Shown here piece after piece: positions 39,501 to 49,684 of a stretch of 64,000 nucleotides of DNA. How positions within the stretch are numbered: the first letter of the stretch is position 1; each line of letters begins with the position of its first letter. This DNA comes from a virus (taxonomy: Duplodnaviria; Caudoviricetes), in the IMG/VR virus record IMGVR_UViG_3300032038_000022, positions 32,001-96,000 of that record; one strand, written 5' to 3'. Both the position numbers and the translations under genes were made by a program. Below the pieces are notes generated by a model that saw only the letters and a list, made by a program, of their open reading frames with translations, had not been told where the DNA came from and ran no database searches.

Positions 39501-41084
39501 AGCTAGAGTCACCTTACTAGATTCTATTCTTCCAGCAAGAGTCTCTCCACCTATTTCAGTTGATTTGAGGTCACCGTAGGCATCAACTTCAAATTTAAAC
39601 ATCTTACCAGTATCTTCATGTATAAATGTGATATCGGAAAGAGTAGCAATAGATAATTCGCCGGTATCTCCATTTTTGGCGACAATACCCATTTGAGCAA
39701 GTAAATTCAATACTTCTTCTTGTGTCATACCAGTATCTTCAGGGTTAGTACTACCGCCTATTGCGATAAGTGTATAATTATTTTTTATATAAAGTCTCTT
39801 TAAATCTTCTACATAAATCAACTCATTTTCAGGCAATTGATTCTGAATACTACTAAGAGTTGTAAATTTATCAACTGACCTAATAGTAATATGAGCTGCT
39901 TTGTAGGTATAATTATCGTCTGTTGGTTTGCTAGGAATAACTTCTTTACTAAAATCTTGATACTTAGAATAAAATCTACATTTACTAAGTTTAAGATCGC
40001 GGAATTCTACCTCAGAGAATGTAAATCTAGTATCAAGTTCTTTTAAGTCACTAACAATATCACCATTATTATAATATCCTTCAACAATTGTAGAGTCTGT
40101 TTTAGGATTGCCAATAGAGATCCATACGTAATTTTTTCCTTTATATGAAATTGAGCCATCTCTATCGTCCTCGATTTTTTGTTTTCTACTAAGAACAATT
40201 AAGTAATTATAGATATCTAGAGTAGATACTCTAAGCTGTGATAAATCTATTTCAAAAGTTTCATCACCACCATCCATATCCTTCATCTTAATTGTTACAG
40301 TATTGCTATTAGTAGTAAGATATAAGAATAATTTAGGATCTTTAACATCTTCAACAGCTTTTGAACATTTAGAATCTAACCATGATGCACCCTCATTATT
40401 AATAACAAGTACACCATCCGTAGTAGCATTAACATTCTCAGAAGGATACAATATTTGGGCACCAGTTACATCCATAGCTAACGAGGCTCCATCAATTTCT
40501 GAAAGGCTATCCTCTTCAATTGACCAGAGTGGCTCTTCCTCGACATCACCTTCATACTCTCCTTCTACTCTTGACATTGCGGTATCTTTTCCTGTATATG
40601 AATGAATACCATAATCAAAAGCATTTCTAAGACGTGCTACCTCTGATTGAAGTTCACGAAGGGCTTTGAAAAGAATATCTACATAAGTTCCATTATCGGT
40701 AGTTGTATATGTATTATTTGTAATTTCCCCATTTAGATCAGCATCTTTATTAGGGATATGTACATAATCTGGTTCAGCATCATCTCCTAGTTTATCAATC
40801 ATATTTTGATCATAAACTGGAATACCTGCTCCAGGAACAAGTTTATTTCTAACCCAAGCTCCATTGAGATATTGATATGTATGTATACCAGATTCATCAT
40901 TCTTAACATATACGAGCATACCCTCTTCTCGCCTAGCTTCTGGAATTTTATTAAGATCTGCAATAGTATTTACACTTCTATAACCACCCTTTCCATACTC
41001 CGCAAGATGGGTTGGATAGGTATCAGCAGAAGTAAATGGAGCTATAGGAGAAGATATATTTGTACCTTTAATATTTTCAGCCAT
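36591..41084 (-). CDS. large protein (1497 aa) with lamin-tail-like, FN3-like and metallophosphoesterase domains
   Basis: YIELENTS...LDG...G.IPAGGTFLIRG; RTFNWVS; TDQQG, NTGDMTQ, VGNNDL, CHEMPF, GGHKHTY. Confidence 0.8.
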   Translation of the reverse strand: MAENIKGTNISSPIAPFTSADTYPTHLAEYGKGGYRSVNTIADLNKIPEARREEGMLVYVKNDESGIHTYQYLNGAWVRNKLVPGAGIPVYDQNMIDKLGDDAEPDYVHIPNKDADLNGEITNNTYTTTDNGTYVDILFKALRELQSEVARLRNAFDYGIHSYTGKDTAMSRVEGEYEGDVEEEPLWSIEEDSLSEIDGASLAMDVTGAQILYPSENVNATTDGVLVINNEGASWLDSKCSKAVEDVKDPKLFLYLTTNSNTVTIKMKDMDGGDETFEIDLSQLRVSTLDIYNYLIVLSRKQKIEDDRDGSISYKGKNYVWISIGNPKTDSTIVEGYYNNGDIVSDLKELDTRFTFSEVEFRDLKLSKCRFYSKYQDFSKEVIPSKPTDDNYTYKAAHITIRSVDKFTTLSSIQNQLPENELIYVEDLKRLYIKNNYTLIAIGGSTNPEDTGMTQEEVLNLLAQMGIVAKNGDTGELSIATLSDITFIHEDTGKMFKFEVDAYGDLKSTEIGGETLAGRIESSKVTLADNTWRGLVGQLRLKEQNNKSVETGESALTQTQDIGLYSDRVKIGAFYAPARTNTTFGCSHGYIELENTSDADFQLDGCFMHYVRSVDNVYRVSHLPLKGTIPAGGTFLIRGKQYANLNDPNVFIKVGTYDMEWYENGELIDFSHNGIVTENASGSKIGSDPHGFCLTYGKEDLDYSTSVWSNNDSDNKSKAPYLYKSYYIDSVYYNSAITSTSGAYWTTANMNMNMIVDGVFVDAIYKNTFELDPAKQAYQSLNTYDSSRVRHGSANDYQYVRLDKEVISFPKTTETYPVSKFTPKASFEKKNVLTDKNKLDPNKPNMVTCSFGINPYTTRTFNWVSAGLFDEYVWIKNEGSWTKFSSYTKVTTANTEGTSYPRRKEFSIDINNIIYARMYGHFPGDEASSYTAHKCIIALRADAPSSPETYTYVVGRANKDGNAPDTDHCSNEMTFTLYPDSYIPRIYQTTDQQGFHWIEYQSWGAAAQKVNERINADKTASPNILPVLMNTGDMTQSGARINEWVDYYNAGINLFDHLEQVNVVGNNDLCGTDFTILGTGDDIGKSNSYYFHVFYCYEVDTTAGSIPIINGKYVPSLYYIDFKNYRLIMVNSEITYENCNNWFNVKNNGQVVNVYTGWTVPTTGEPTFYGGFTSVYTMLYNMTNTTKEMIVACHEMPFTVITKENLEDTAKIKSASRSLSGTSLVGSHLNQLNANDTVGIYWFSRLLEFRGIRLCLGGHKHTYSCTYPVMENYLYKDSASDSTYKSSLNHGPMTMTQTLEHDDLVNWIGDVVINTATTYTGAHLSKFPLTKRPNNPGAGAGFFYPMKYVSEFAGGNAGVIYLMCQATGFKLMSNKELPSPNQAFSRLLPQSTYSGSSAKASPEQRYPMYVIVDLGNSNITVKLIRLKNIQSAPTKLFSQYEYGTDATQEQYLYENYNWASTTWQIDSGDVISKVATDSTWKYGSWTTTETAIISISK

Positions 41085-42621
41085 AAATTTCGTCTATGCT
41101 ATTAATTTTCTTTGTTCCTATTCTACTAAAGGGTTGTAAACTAGTTCCAGTCCATGAGTAGAAATCATTTTCATAAACATATATAATTTGAGATTCCGGA
41201 GTTACAAGAATGCCTTTAGTTGCAGATGTAGCTTTTAGAATTAATTTCTGTTCTTTACTATAATATAACTCATCACGTAACATTCCGGATGTCGGAAATT
41301 CATCTTCAACAATACCAGCTAGTTTAGTAAATGTACTGGAAGCATTTAAGTTATATAGATTCTCATCAATTTTACCACTAGTTGCATCAGTTACTACCAA
41401 GCCGGAACTAGCATTTCTATTTTTCCAAGCAGTAATAATCTCTAAAAGGGTAATCTTATTATCTGCAGAATTTTCTAAACTTTCAGAAGTTGTAAAGACA
41501 AATGATTGATCCAAGTCAACAATACTTACAACATCTTTTTTTAGATAAACTAGATAATCAACTCCATCAATTTTAATTTTCTTATCAAGTGCTTCGTAAG
41601 TATAGATATAATCTAATCCATGTACGTCAAAAATATGTTCTAAGTTTCCATATTTATATGGATAAGCTAATACATACCTCTGCTTTTCAAGGCTAATATC
41701 ATTTACCTTAAAAGTTGCATTATACCATAACCTTCTCGTTAAATTTTGAATTGATGTTGCATTAGCTACCCAATCACTGCTCACTGGGCCAAAATAGAAA
41801 AAATTACCAAAAGTAATTCTAATTATATTAGATTTCAGATTTACATTAATCCCAGGTGCCAATGGGTAAATAGCCATAATAGAGTAATCAATAGTATTAC
41901 TAATATTATTAACTACAAAAGATCCATCTTCTTCTGGTACTAAATCAATATCATTAAGTTTGTAAGTACAGCGGTTAGTAATATCTTCACCAGTAACAGT
42001 ATTTGTAACTCTTACTTGAAATTCTATATCATTTATTGTTCCTTCTCTATAAAGTTGTCCTGAATTACTTTGTAAAACAACTTCAAAATTACTGTTTAGG
42101 GCACTTTCAATTAGATCGTGTGTTTCTTCAATAGTGAAAAAATCATCTGCCCTTTTCATTTTTCCAGAGGTATAGAACCAAATATAACCATCTTCTAAGT
42201 TATAGAAAATAACATCTTTAGTTTCATCTAGATAATCTCTTACTAAACGGTTTGGTCCATCTTCATTTTTGTAGACATACATCCACTTTTCATCTTCCGG
42301 ATTTTTCCATACATAAATTTCACTATGTACAAGAGAAGAAACATCAGGGATAGACTCAGTTATATCTCTAACTACAGCTCGACCACCCAAGTCTATTACT
42401 CTATAGCAATCTTCTCCATAACCTTGTTTAATTCCAATTGCAAGAATAGAATCGACGTTCCCTTGAAATTTATCAGGACTTTCTTTTCTATAGCGAATCA
42501 ATATTGGTTGACCTGGATAGTGTTCAATATCCTCATTCAATCTAATGATCGCTACTTCTCGACTAGATTCAATATACTTACTTCTTGAAATCTGGATTAT
42601 TGATTGTTTAATATCTAACAT
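41077..42621 (-). CDS. structural protein
   Basis: Shares domains with 23487-24065 and 25786-26742. Confidence 0.65.
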   Translation of the reverse strand: MLDIKQSIIQISRSKYIESSREVAIIRLNEDIEHYPGQPILIRYRKESPDKFQGNVDSILAIGIKQGYGEDCYRVIDLGGRAVVRDITESIPDVSSLVHSEIYVWKNPEDEKWMYVYKNEDGPNRLVRDYLDETKDVIFYNLEDGYIWFYTSGKMKRADDFFTIEETHDLIESALNSNFEVVLQSNSGQLYREGTINDIEFQVRVTNTVTGEDITNRCTYKLNDIDLVPEEDGSFVVNNISNTIDYSIMAIYPLAPGINVNLKSNIIRITFGNFFYFGPVSSDWVANATSIQNLTRRLWYNATFKVNDISLEKQRYVLAYPYKYGNLEHIFDVHGLDYIYTYEALDKKIKIDGVDYLVYLKKDVVSIVDLDQSFVFTTSESLENSADNKITLLEIITAWKNRNASSGLVVTDATSGKIDENLYNLNASSTFTKLAGIVEDEFPTSGMLRDELYYSKEQKLILKATSATKGILVTPESQIIYVYENDFYSWTGTSLQPFSRIGTKKINSIDEIYG

Positions 42622-42644
42622 ATTTATTAATTATTTTAAAAATA

Positions 42645-42716
42645 GGAAAGAATAGGTTTCGTCAACATTTTAATTGTTCTTCAAAATCTATTCTTTCCAT
42701 AATCATATACAAGGAT
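42645..42716 (-). promoter_or_regulatory. promoter-like motif plus leader inverted repeat
   Basis: Minus strand ATCCTTGTATATGA (42703-42716), then GGAAAGAATAG/CTATTCTTTCC inverted repeat (42645-42698). Confidence 0.5.
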
Positions 42717-42743
42717 TTAAGTCTTGCTGAGGAGCATTTTTTA

Positions 42744-43445
42744 TTAATTCTTGAATTTAGATACGCTAATTGCATTAATTCTTGGAATAAATCCAGAAAT
42801 TTTCTTTTTATTCACATCAATTTCTTCTGTATCATTAAGCCATTCAAGAACGATAAATCCAATTGGTTTTTTAACTCCCGGAACATGAAATATTGTAAAT
42901 TGCAATGCTCCGTCATTTTGATTTAAAAGTTCAAAAAAACCATTAAATCTCATTCTAAAACTTTTATCATGTGGGCCTCGACAAGTAAGTATATCACCTT
43001 CACTAAGTGAATTAAAAAGATATACATACGTACCAGATCCAATATCATTATAAGTCGAGCAGGGAACATCAGGAATTCCATATCGGGCATTTGAAATCAT
43101 AAGATTGAAGAATTTAAATGGCAATCCATCTAAGTTTTCCTCTGAGTTATGAAATTCAAAATATAAAATTCTATCAGCTCCCGTCTCGGCTCTTAATTCT
43201 GATAACAGGGGAGTAAGTTCTGTCATATATTCATCACGTAATCTGAGCTTTTCATTATGTATCTCCCCAGAAATATCTATAACAAACTCAACTACTTCTT
43301 TAGTAATTGTATGTAAGTTAAATAAACAAAATATACCTAGTAAAACTAAAATATACTTTATAAATTTTTTAAATCCAATTTTTTCATCAATCATAATGAT
43401 TCCTTGGATGAAGTCTTTGAGTTTATTAATAATTAATTCAAACAT
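42744..43445 (-). CDS. putative holin-like protein (single TM plus soluble domain)
   Basis: N-terminal hydrophobic helix, then ADR...FEFHN motif; topology reminiscent of T4 T-type holins. Confidence 0.45.
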   Translation of the reverse strand: MFELIINKLKDFIQGIIMIDEKIGFKKFIKYILVLLGIFCLFNLHTITKEVVEFVIDISGEIHNEKLRLRDEYMTELTPLLSELRAETGADRILYFEFHNSEENLDGLPFKFFNLMISNARYGIPDVPCSTYNDIGSGTYVYLFNSLSEGDILTCRGPHDKSFRMRFNGFFELLNQNDGALQFTIFHVPGVKKPIGFIVLEWLNDTEEIDVNKKKISGFIPRINAISVSKFKN

Positions 43446-43452
43446 TTTAATA

Positions 43453-46400
43453 TTATAAAGCTAATGATACTTTAATATTAAATTGCACAGCATCAGCTCG
43501 AGCAGCATCAATATCACCTTCTTCTGATACACTAAAAGTTTCAGCACCATTCAAAGTATAAATGTAATCATTAGAAGTAGTTGATTTAGACTTAGTGAAT
43601 TTACTACTTTCTAGCTCAAAAAGAATACCGACTCTATAGTTAGGATCTCCAATGTAAATACTAGAAGTAGTATTATCTATATATGTCCAATCAGAAGAAG
43701 GAGGATTTTCTGAAGCAAAATTATAATATTTTCGTATCGTTATTTCAGTTGATTCTGTTCCACTATTTATTATTTCAGTTTGTGTATCACTTGAATCTGT
43801 AGATATAAGTACTAGTCCTTTATTGCCAGAATAAAGATCATGAGAGAATGTAATAATTTTATATTCTCCACTCTTTGTTGAGGATAGTGGTTCCCATTCA
43901 AATCTTTTTAAATTAAGTTGAAAACCATTATAATAACCGTACTTAGCAAAATTTTTTCCATATTTATTACTCCAATTTTCAATATAATTTTTTGTATTTG
44001 AATTTTTATACCTAATATAAATAGTATCATCAAACTTGAAAGTATCGTAGAAGTATGATATCTCATAATTTGTATTTGATGTAAATGTAGTACCTTTATA
44101 AGTCCAGGTACTAGTATATCCATCTCGCTCGCTGCTATCCTCAGTTCCAAAGTCAGGAACATGTTTTATAATAGAACCATCATCACTGAGATATGTAAGG
44201 TAAGGACCGAGAATCTGAATATTACAACAACCGTAATATGCCATGTAATTTTTAATTACTGAACTACCGTTAACTTTAATAGATAAAGTTCTAGAGTATG
44301 GATTATGCCCCATCCAATCAAGAATATTGTATTGATATTGATTATCGAAGAACCATGAGTGCCCATAGAAGCTAACAGTATTTATTTTTGAATACAATGT
44401 TATTCGATAAAGACGTCCAACTGTAGGTGAATTTTCTCTTACTGTATTTTCATTAAGTAATGTTGTCTGAACTATTCTTTCACTCATTTGATATGATTGT
44501 CCATCGAATTTCTTTGTATTAGTAATATCTCCATCTACATAGATAGTAGGAGTATTATTATCAGTATCGGATTCTATTATTGGTAAGCTATCACTTGGTG
44601 CGTCTGTCCATAAGTATACATAGCCTTTAGGAATTCTAAGATAGCCACTTGAAGAAAAAATCAATGCTCTAGTGACATCTGAGTATCTCATAATATAGTG
44701 TCCATCTGAATCAATATCGTTCGGATTCCAGCTATTAAATAACTCTATCTCAAAATCTGATCGTTTTTCTGAATAAATATCTATTGAAACGCTATTTCCA
44801 TATCCATCAGTTATATATAAAGTATAGGGACCAAGTGTAGACATTCCAGAATTTCTTGGTAAATTTATACTAAGAGTATAACCATAGTAGTTATAGGAAG
44901 ATCTATTATCTGGGTTAAGTGTATCCCCTAATACTATATTTGACTTTTCGAGACCATTAATTTGAATATCAGTTTCAAGATTCGGTTTACGAACACTACT
45001 ATACCTAGCATTATCATACTCCTCTTTAGTCATCTCTGTCTGCTTAATTGTTGTTGTAGTTGGTAAGTTAACAAAAGCAATTCGATAGGCAATAGATAAG
45101 TCATTATAATCTAAAGTACTAGAGATTTTGTTTCCTTCTCCTAAATAAAGATAACCATTTATAAGAATTCCTTGTTTCCACTCTTCTTGAACAACATTCT
45201 TAGTACTTACAGTTTCAGTTCCTACTTTAATACTAATATTAGTATCTGGTTGTCCCACTGAGTATTTTGTTATAGTATTTAAATAGTTTTGAGATATTAC
45301 GAACCCAGAAAATCCACTTGGTGAGGTTACAGAGGTTGTTCCACTATATATTCCACTACTATAACCTTCGCGAGCAATACGATTGCGATAAATTGCTGTA
45401 ACAGTGTTAGTTAAGTTATTATATGTTAAATTTTGAACATAAGTTATATCTTGTGTTGGAATTGTTACTTCAGATTCTTGGTTAATTTTATGAATTGTAT
45501 ACTCACGAGTTTCCCCTCTTCGACTAATAATATCCATATTGCCATCAATAGAAGATTTAGAATTAGCTTTACTAAGTCGAATTATATTTATTTCAGTACT
45601 CTTTCTAGGAACTTTATCGTCTACAAAATCCTGATCATATTTACTCTCAAGTTTTATATTTCCATCTATATCTCGTATAAATTTATCTTTACTTACGTAA
45701 GATTCAAATCTTAGAGTTCCTATAGTCATATTTTCTATAGCTGTAAGTTTATTTCCTTCAGAGTCTGTTTTATAATCTCCGTTCTCATCTATTTGCCATT
45801 CATAGTTTCTACCACTAACTTCCTCTATTCGATAAGCAAACTTTCTAGTTTCATCAAGTTCAGCTACTCTTATTATTTTAAACTTTTCTTTATTTTTTAA
45901 TTCAACTGTAACTTCGTCTCCTGTAAAAAGAATTTCATCTCCACTAGTTCCATACTGCTTATAATAAACATTATAGAATTCTCCATCAGGAATTACAAAG
46001 AAGTTAGCAGTTTCTCCAGTAATGTATTGTAGTGTTATATTCTTATCTGCAGTATAATTTCCAATAATAGAGGTATTGATTCCAGGACAATCTAATAAGT
46101 GATATACTGGATATGTTTTTGCCTTTTTGTTAAAATTTACTGGATTTTGAATTTTTATTTCGCCTATTGGGAGGATCGGATAAGTTGCTGTTAAAGTACT
46201 ACCAGGTACTGCACTAGTAGATATCTCGCTGATAGTATTAATATATCCTCTCGTATATCTATCCCCGCTTATAGTTGAGAACTGACCATAATTAAAAGTA
46301 ACTTTTGAATTAATATCACCTTCTAAAATATCTACACTCTTATCTTCTCTGTTTTCATTTTTATTAAAGACAGTCTCAGATTCAAGATATGATAAATAAT

Positions 46401-49400
46401 TAAAATTACTAGTTATAGCCTTTCCTTTTAAGAAAATATCACTTATATTATCTGAACCTAGTAGTGTTATATTAGTATTTAGATTATATATATAAGACTC
46501 ATCAACTAAGTTATATCCTAAATAATACTTCCTATGAAGTGGAATAGTAATAGAATAACCATCCTCAAGATTCATCACGTGAATACTAGTATTGAGAATT
46601 TGTTCGATTACGCTAAATGTATTTTCTTCCCAACCATAATATGCAAAACAAATTTCACGACCATTATTTACATCAAAAGATCCCTCATCAATTGCTAGGA
46701 TATTTTCTTTTGGTAGATTTTTATCAATATCGTAAAAATAGAATCCATCTCTTACGTTTGTGGCATCTAATGAAACTCTAAATTTATCATCACTTTTTAC
46801 AAAAATCTTATAAAGACCTATATAATCAAGTTCAATAAAATCACCTTCATTAATTTTTACAAATTCTCCATTTGGATTACATAATAGTACTGTTAATGAC
46901 TCCTCTGGATTTTTAGCATCAATTTTTACAGGAAGTGTATAGGTTTCATCTTCTACTAATTGATTTCTCCAATCTTTATATAGATCCAGGAGAGTAGAAA
47001 CATGTCTTTCTGAAGTTGTTCTTATAAAGACGGTATTATCAAAAATAATGTCTTCTAGAACTTTCCTAGATGTATATGTTGTTATAAAGCTAGGATAATT
47101 AGAAGTTACCCAGGCTTTAATTACATCAATGTCTTTTGCATAAATAAGCTGACCTGAGTTATCCCAAGTTATTGAAGATGCTCCATAATTCTTTACACTA
47201 ATCTCATAATCCTTTGATAAAACAGCCCAATATGGAAACTCGCTTTCAATTGTAGAAGTTATATAAACTGTTTTATTATACTCACTGCTATTTCCACCGC
47301 TTCCTTTATCTTCTTCTAAGAAATTTATTTCTGATATTTCTGTTGGATCAAAACCAATTATTTTTCCTTTATCATCCTCAACAAAAGAGCCTGTATAAAA
47401 CTTAATAGTATCTTTTAAGTTTGGGCGATAGGCACAGTAAAATGTTTCTTGAAGAGTTAGATCATTATTTCTAATAGTTATTGGAATTGGATAATATTTT
47501 TTATCTGTTCCTTCTACTCTAGGGAACCAAGAAGAGGTATTATCACTTTCCTGCAATCCTTTTGATGTAATTTTTATAGTAAAGATATTATCGTTTCCCT
47601 GTCTTGCAGCTAAATTTACAGTCTTGTTAATATCAAAGTATGTTTTAAATAAAGTTTCTTCATCCTTATTTTCAAAAGATATCGACAAATCAGACTCTTT
47701 AGTGTGAATTTTAAATCCTTTTACCTCTCCACCTTCCTGATTAAATAAATATAATCTAAAATTATAACCATTCTGGTTTGTACAAAAATTCTCGGTTGGG
47801 TAATCCTGTGAACTTACTTCATCATCAACAAGTGGGTAAATATTCCAATCCTCTGTTCCAGGATCTTCTGTAGTTGCCAATATAGAGATATTATTGGGTT
47901 CACTACAATACATAACATCTTTCCAATTATGGTTATTATATCCACCTATACTGTTACGCCTTTTAAATGTAATTCTACCAAGATATCCCATTGAACCTGC
48001 ATTTGTACAAGGAACCTTCGTATATGCAGTTATACCGTATTCCTGCGTAGGTGAAGTTTCTGTAGATATAATAGAATTTCTCTCATGAGAAAGAATTACT
48101 CTAGAATTATCATAATATGCTTCCCAGACACTATAATCCTCCAAGAATACGGGTGAAGTAATATATAAATTTGATGGATATTTTCTTAAACCAATAGAAC
48201 TACTAAATTCAATCTTTTCCGGAGTAGACCAAGAATTGCCTATATAAGTAACTATTTGAAGTTTATTAGCAAATCGTTGAACGCAATAAAATTTAATTTC
48301 GTCTGCTGTTCCAACAATTCTTAACTTCATCAGAATTAGTGAACTCTCATTACCTATAAGAGGATACCACTTAAGAGAATCATTTTCTAATTTAGTAGAT
48401 ATAGTTACTACATATTCATACTTAGACAGATTTTTATTATATCCTTTATCTTCTATCTTCTTAGAAAAATATTCATTAAATATTATATCTTTTGATTCAT
48501 CTTCAGAAGTTATAATAATATTTTCAATATTAACTGAATAATCAGAATATAATATTATTGTTCCAGGTCGCCTTGTAGGATTTTTATCTTCTGGCGTCCA
48601 ACCATTATCCCCTGCTTTAGTATCAAACAATAAAACAGGAATATAATCACTTTCATTGTATACATTAGTAGAATATTCAGCAGACCATCTTAAGAAAGTA
48701 ATAAACTCTATAATGTTAGATTTAATTATTGTTTGTTGACCTCGTATATATCCATATTCTTCGTCATCAATTTCTGGAGTAAAAGTTAAACCAGCTATAA
48801 AATCTACTGTATAAGATTCTAATTCTTTCTTAAAATTAATTATCTTCGAAGATTGGTTAATAATATAATTATCACTTTTTTCATCATCATCTACAATGAT
48901 ATCTGTTCCAAGTTTAGTTTGATACAGTGTAGTGTTAATTATATCTTCTCTAATATCTGAATCTACTAAAGTATAAATTCCATTAATCACTCGATATAGA
49001 TCATAAATAACAACACCGGTTATTCCAATATCATTTCCACTTCCGACATAGTATCTAAGAATTTTTTCATTTTGCGTTCCAGCTAGATTTATAGCTTGAA
49101 TATAGATACTCTTGTAATGACGATATGTTGTTATATTATAAACTTTTTCTCCATTTCTATCTAAGAAAAGAGGAGTTATATTTTCGGAAGATACTTTATT
49201 TCTTCTGTACCTATAATATGAGTCCTTTGTTAAAAGATCATAATCATCAAAAACATCCTCTTCCCTAGCCAAGAAACTATTTATACCAACTTCTCTTGTT
49301 TTATCTTCAAGAAATATAGAAGATTCACTAGAAACTTTATTTACTAAATTTAAAGTAGTATCTTCTGGAAAAAATACAGTTATATAATTAATACCATTAT

Positions 49401-49683
49401 CAAAACAGAAATCTGAAGTATCCTCAGTTAGAGTAAATGCTAGTCCCTGTAGTTCACCATTTAAGTTACCATAGTAAACATATATTACATCTAGACTTGT
49501 ATCATACCCTTTTAGATTTAGAGTAATGGACATACTTTTTTCTTGATCATACCAAAGAGATTCAAAAGTTCCATAATCACTTACAGGTCCATCTAGATTT
49601 CCGAGCTTAAAGTACTCTAATGTAACTGTTGTTCCATATTCTTTTAATAGAGAAGCAAAATCTTCTTCAAATTTTACAATCAT
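43453..49683 (-). CDS. giant beta-rich structural protein (2076 aa)
   Basis: Uninterrupted ORF in the tail/baseplate block; no motif recognised. Confidence 0.7.
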   Translation of the reverse strand: MIVKFEEDFASLLKEYGTTVTLEYFKLGNLDGPVSDYGTFESLWYDQEKSMSITLNLKGYDTSLDVIYVYYGNLNGELQGLAFTLTEDTSDFCFDNGINYITVFFPEDTTLNLVNKVSSESSIFLEDKTREVGINSFLAREEDVFDDYDLLTKDSYYRYRRNKVSSENITPLFLDRNGEKVYNITTYRHYKSIYIQAINLAGTQNEKILRYYVGSGNDIGITGVVIYDLYRVINGIYTLVDSDIREDIINTTLYQTKLGTDIIVDDDEKSDNYIINQSSKIINFKKELESYTVDFIAGLTFTPEIDDEEYGYIRGQQTIIKSNIIEFITFLRWSAEYSTNVYNESDYIPVLLFDTKAGDNGWTPEDKNPTRRPGTIILYSDYSVNIENIIITSEDESKDIIFNEYFSKKIEDKGYNKNLSKYEYVVTISTKLENDSLKWYPLIGNESSLILMKLRIVGTADEIKFYCVQRFANKLQIVTYIGNSWSTPEKIEFSSSIGLRKYPSNLYITSPVFLEDYSVWEAYYDNSRVILSHERNSIISTETSPTQEYGITAYTKVPCTNAGSMGYLGRITFKRRNSIGGYNNHNWKDVMYCSEPNNISILATTEDPGTEDWNIYPLVDDEVSSQDYPTENFCTNQNGYNFRLYLFNQEGGEVKGFKIHTKESDLSISFENKDEETLFKTYFDINKTVNLAARQGNDNIFTIKITSKGLQESDNTSSWFPRVEGTDKKYYPIPITIRNNDLTLQETFYCAYRPNLKDTIKFYTGSFVEDDKGKIIGFDPTEISEINFLEEDKGSGGNSSEYNKTVYITSTIESEFPYWAVLSKDYEISVKNYGASSITWDNSGQLIYAKDIDVIKAWVTSNYPSFITTYTSRKVLEDIIFDNTVFIRTTSERHVSTLLDLYKDWRNQLVEDETYTLPVKIDAKNPEESLTVLLCNPNGEFVKINEGDFIELDYIGLYKIFVKSDDKFRVSLDATNVRDGFYFYDIDKNLPKENILAIDEGSFDVNNGREICFAYYGWEENTFSVIEQILNTSIHVMNLEDGYSITIPLHRKYYLGYNLVDESYIYNLNTNITLLGSDNISDIFLKGKAITSNFNYLSYLESETVFNKNENREDKSVDILEGDINSKVTFNYGQFSTISGDRYTRGYINTISEISTSAVPGSTLTATYPILPIGEIKIQNPVNFNKKAKTYPVYHLLDCPGINTSIIGNYTADKNITLQYITGETANFFVIPDGEFYNVYYKQYGTSGDEILFTGDEVTVELKNKEKFKIIRVAELDETRKFAYRIEEVSGRNYEWQIDENGDYKTDSEGNKLTAIENMTIGTLRFESYVSKDKFIRDIDGNIKLESKYDQDFVDDKVPRKSTEINIIRLSKANSKSSIDGNMDIISRRGETREYTIHKINQESEVTIPTQDITYVQNLTYNNLTNTVTAIYRNRIAREGYSSGIYSGTTSVTSPSGFSGFVISQNYLNTITKYSVGQPDTNISIKVGTETVSTKNVVQEEWKQGILINGYLYLGEGNKISSTLDYNDLSIAYRIAFVNLPTTTTIKQTEMTKEEYDNARYSSVRKPNLETDIQINGLEKSNIVLGDTLNPDNRSSYNYYGYTLSINLPRNSGMSTLGPYTLYITDGYGNSVSIDIYSEKRSDFEIELFNSWNPNDIDSDGHYIMRYSDVTRALIFSSSGYLRIPKGYVYLWTDAPSDSLPIIESDTDNNTPTIYVDGDITNTKKFDGQSYQMSERIVQTTLLNENTVRENSPTVGRLYRITLYSKINTVSFYGHSWFFDNQYQYNILDWMGHNPYSRTLSIKVNGSSVIKNYMAYYGCCNIQILGPYLTYLSDDGSIIKHVPDFGTEDSSERDGYTSTWTYKGTTFTSNTNYEISYFYDTFKFDDTIYIRYKNSNTKNYIENWSNKYGKNFAKYGYYNGFQLNLKRFEWEPLSSTKSGEYKIITFSHDLYSGNKGLVLISTDSSDTQTEIINSGTESTEITIRKYYNFASENPPSSDWTYIDNTTSSIYIGDPNYRVGILFELESSKFTKSKSTTSNDYIYTLNGAETFSVSEEGDIDAARADAVQFNIKVSLAL

Positions 49684-49684
49684 A

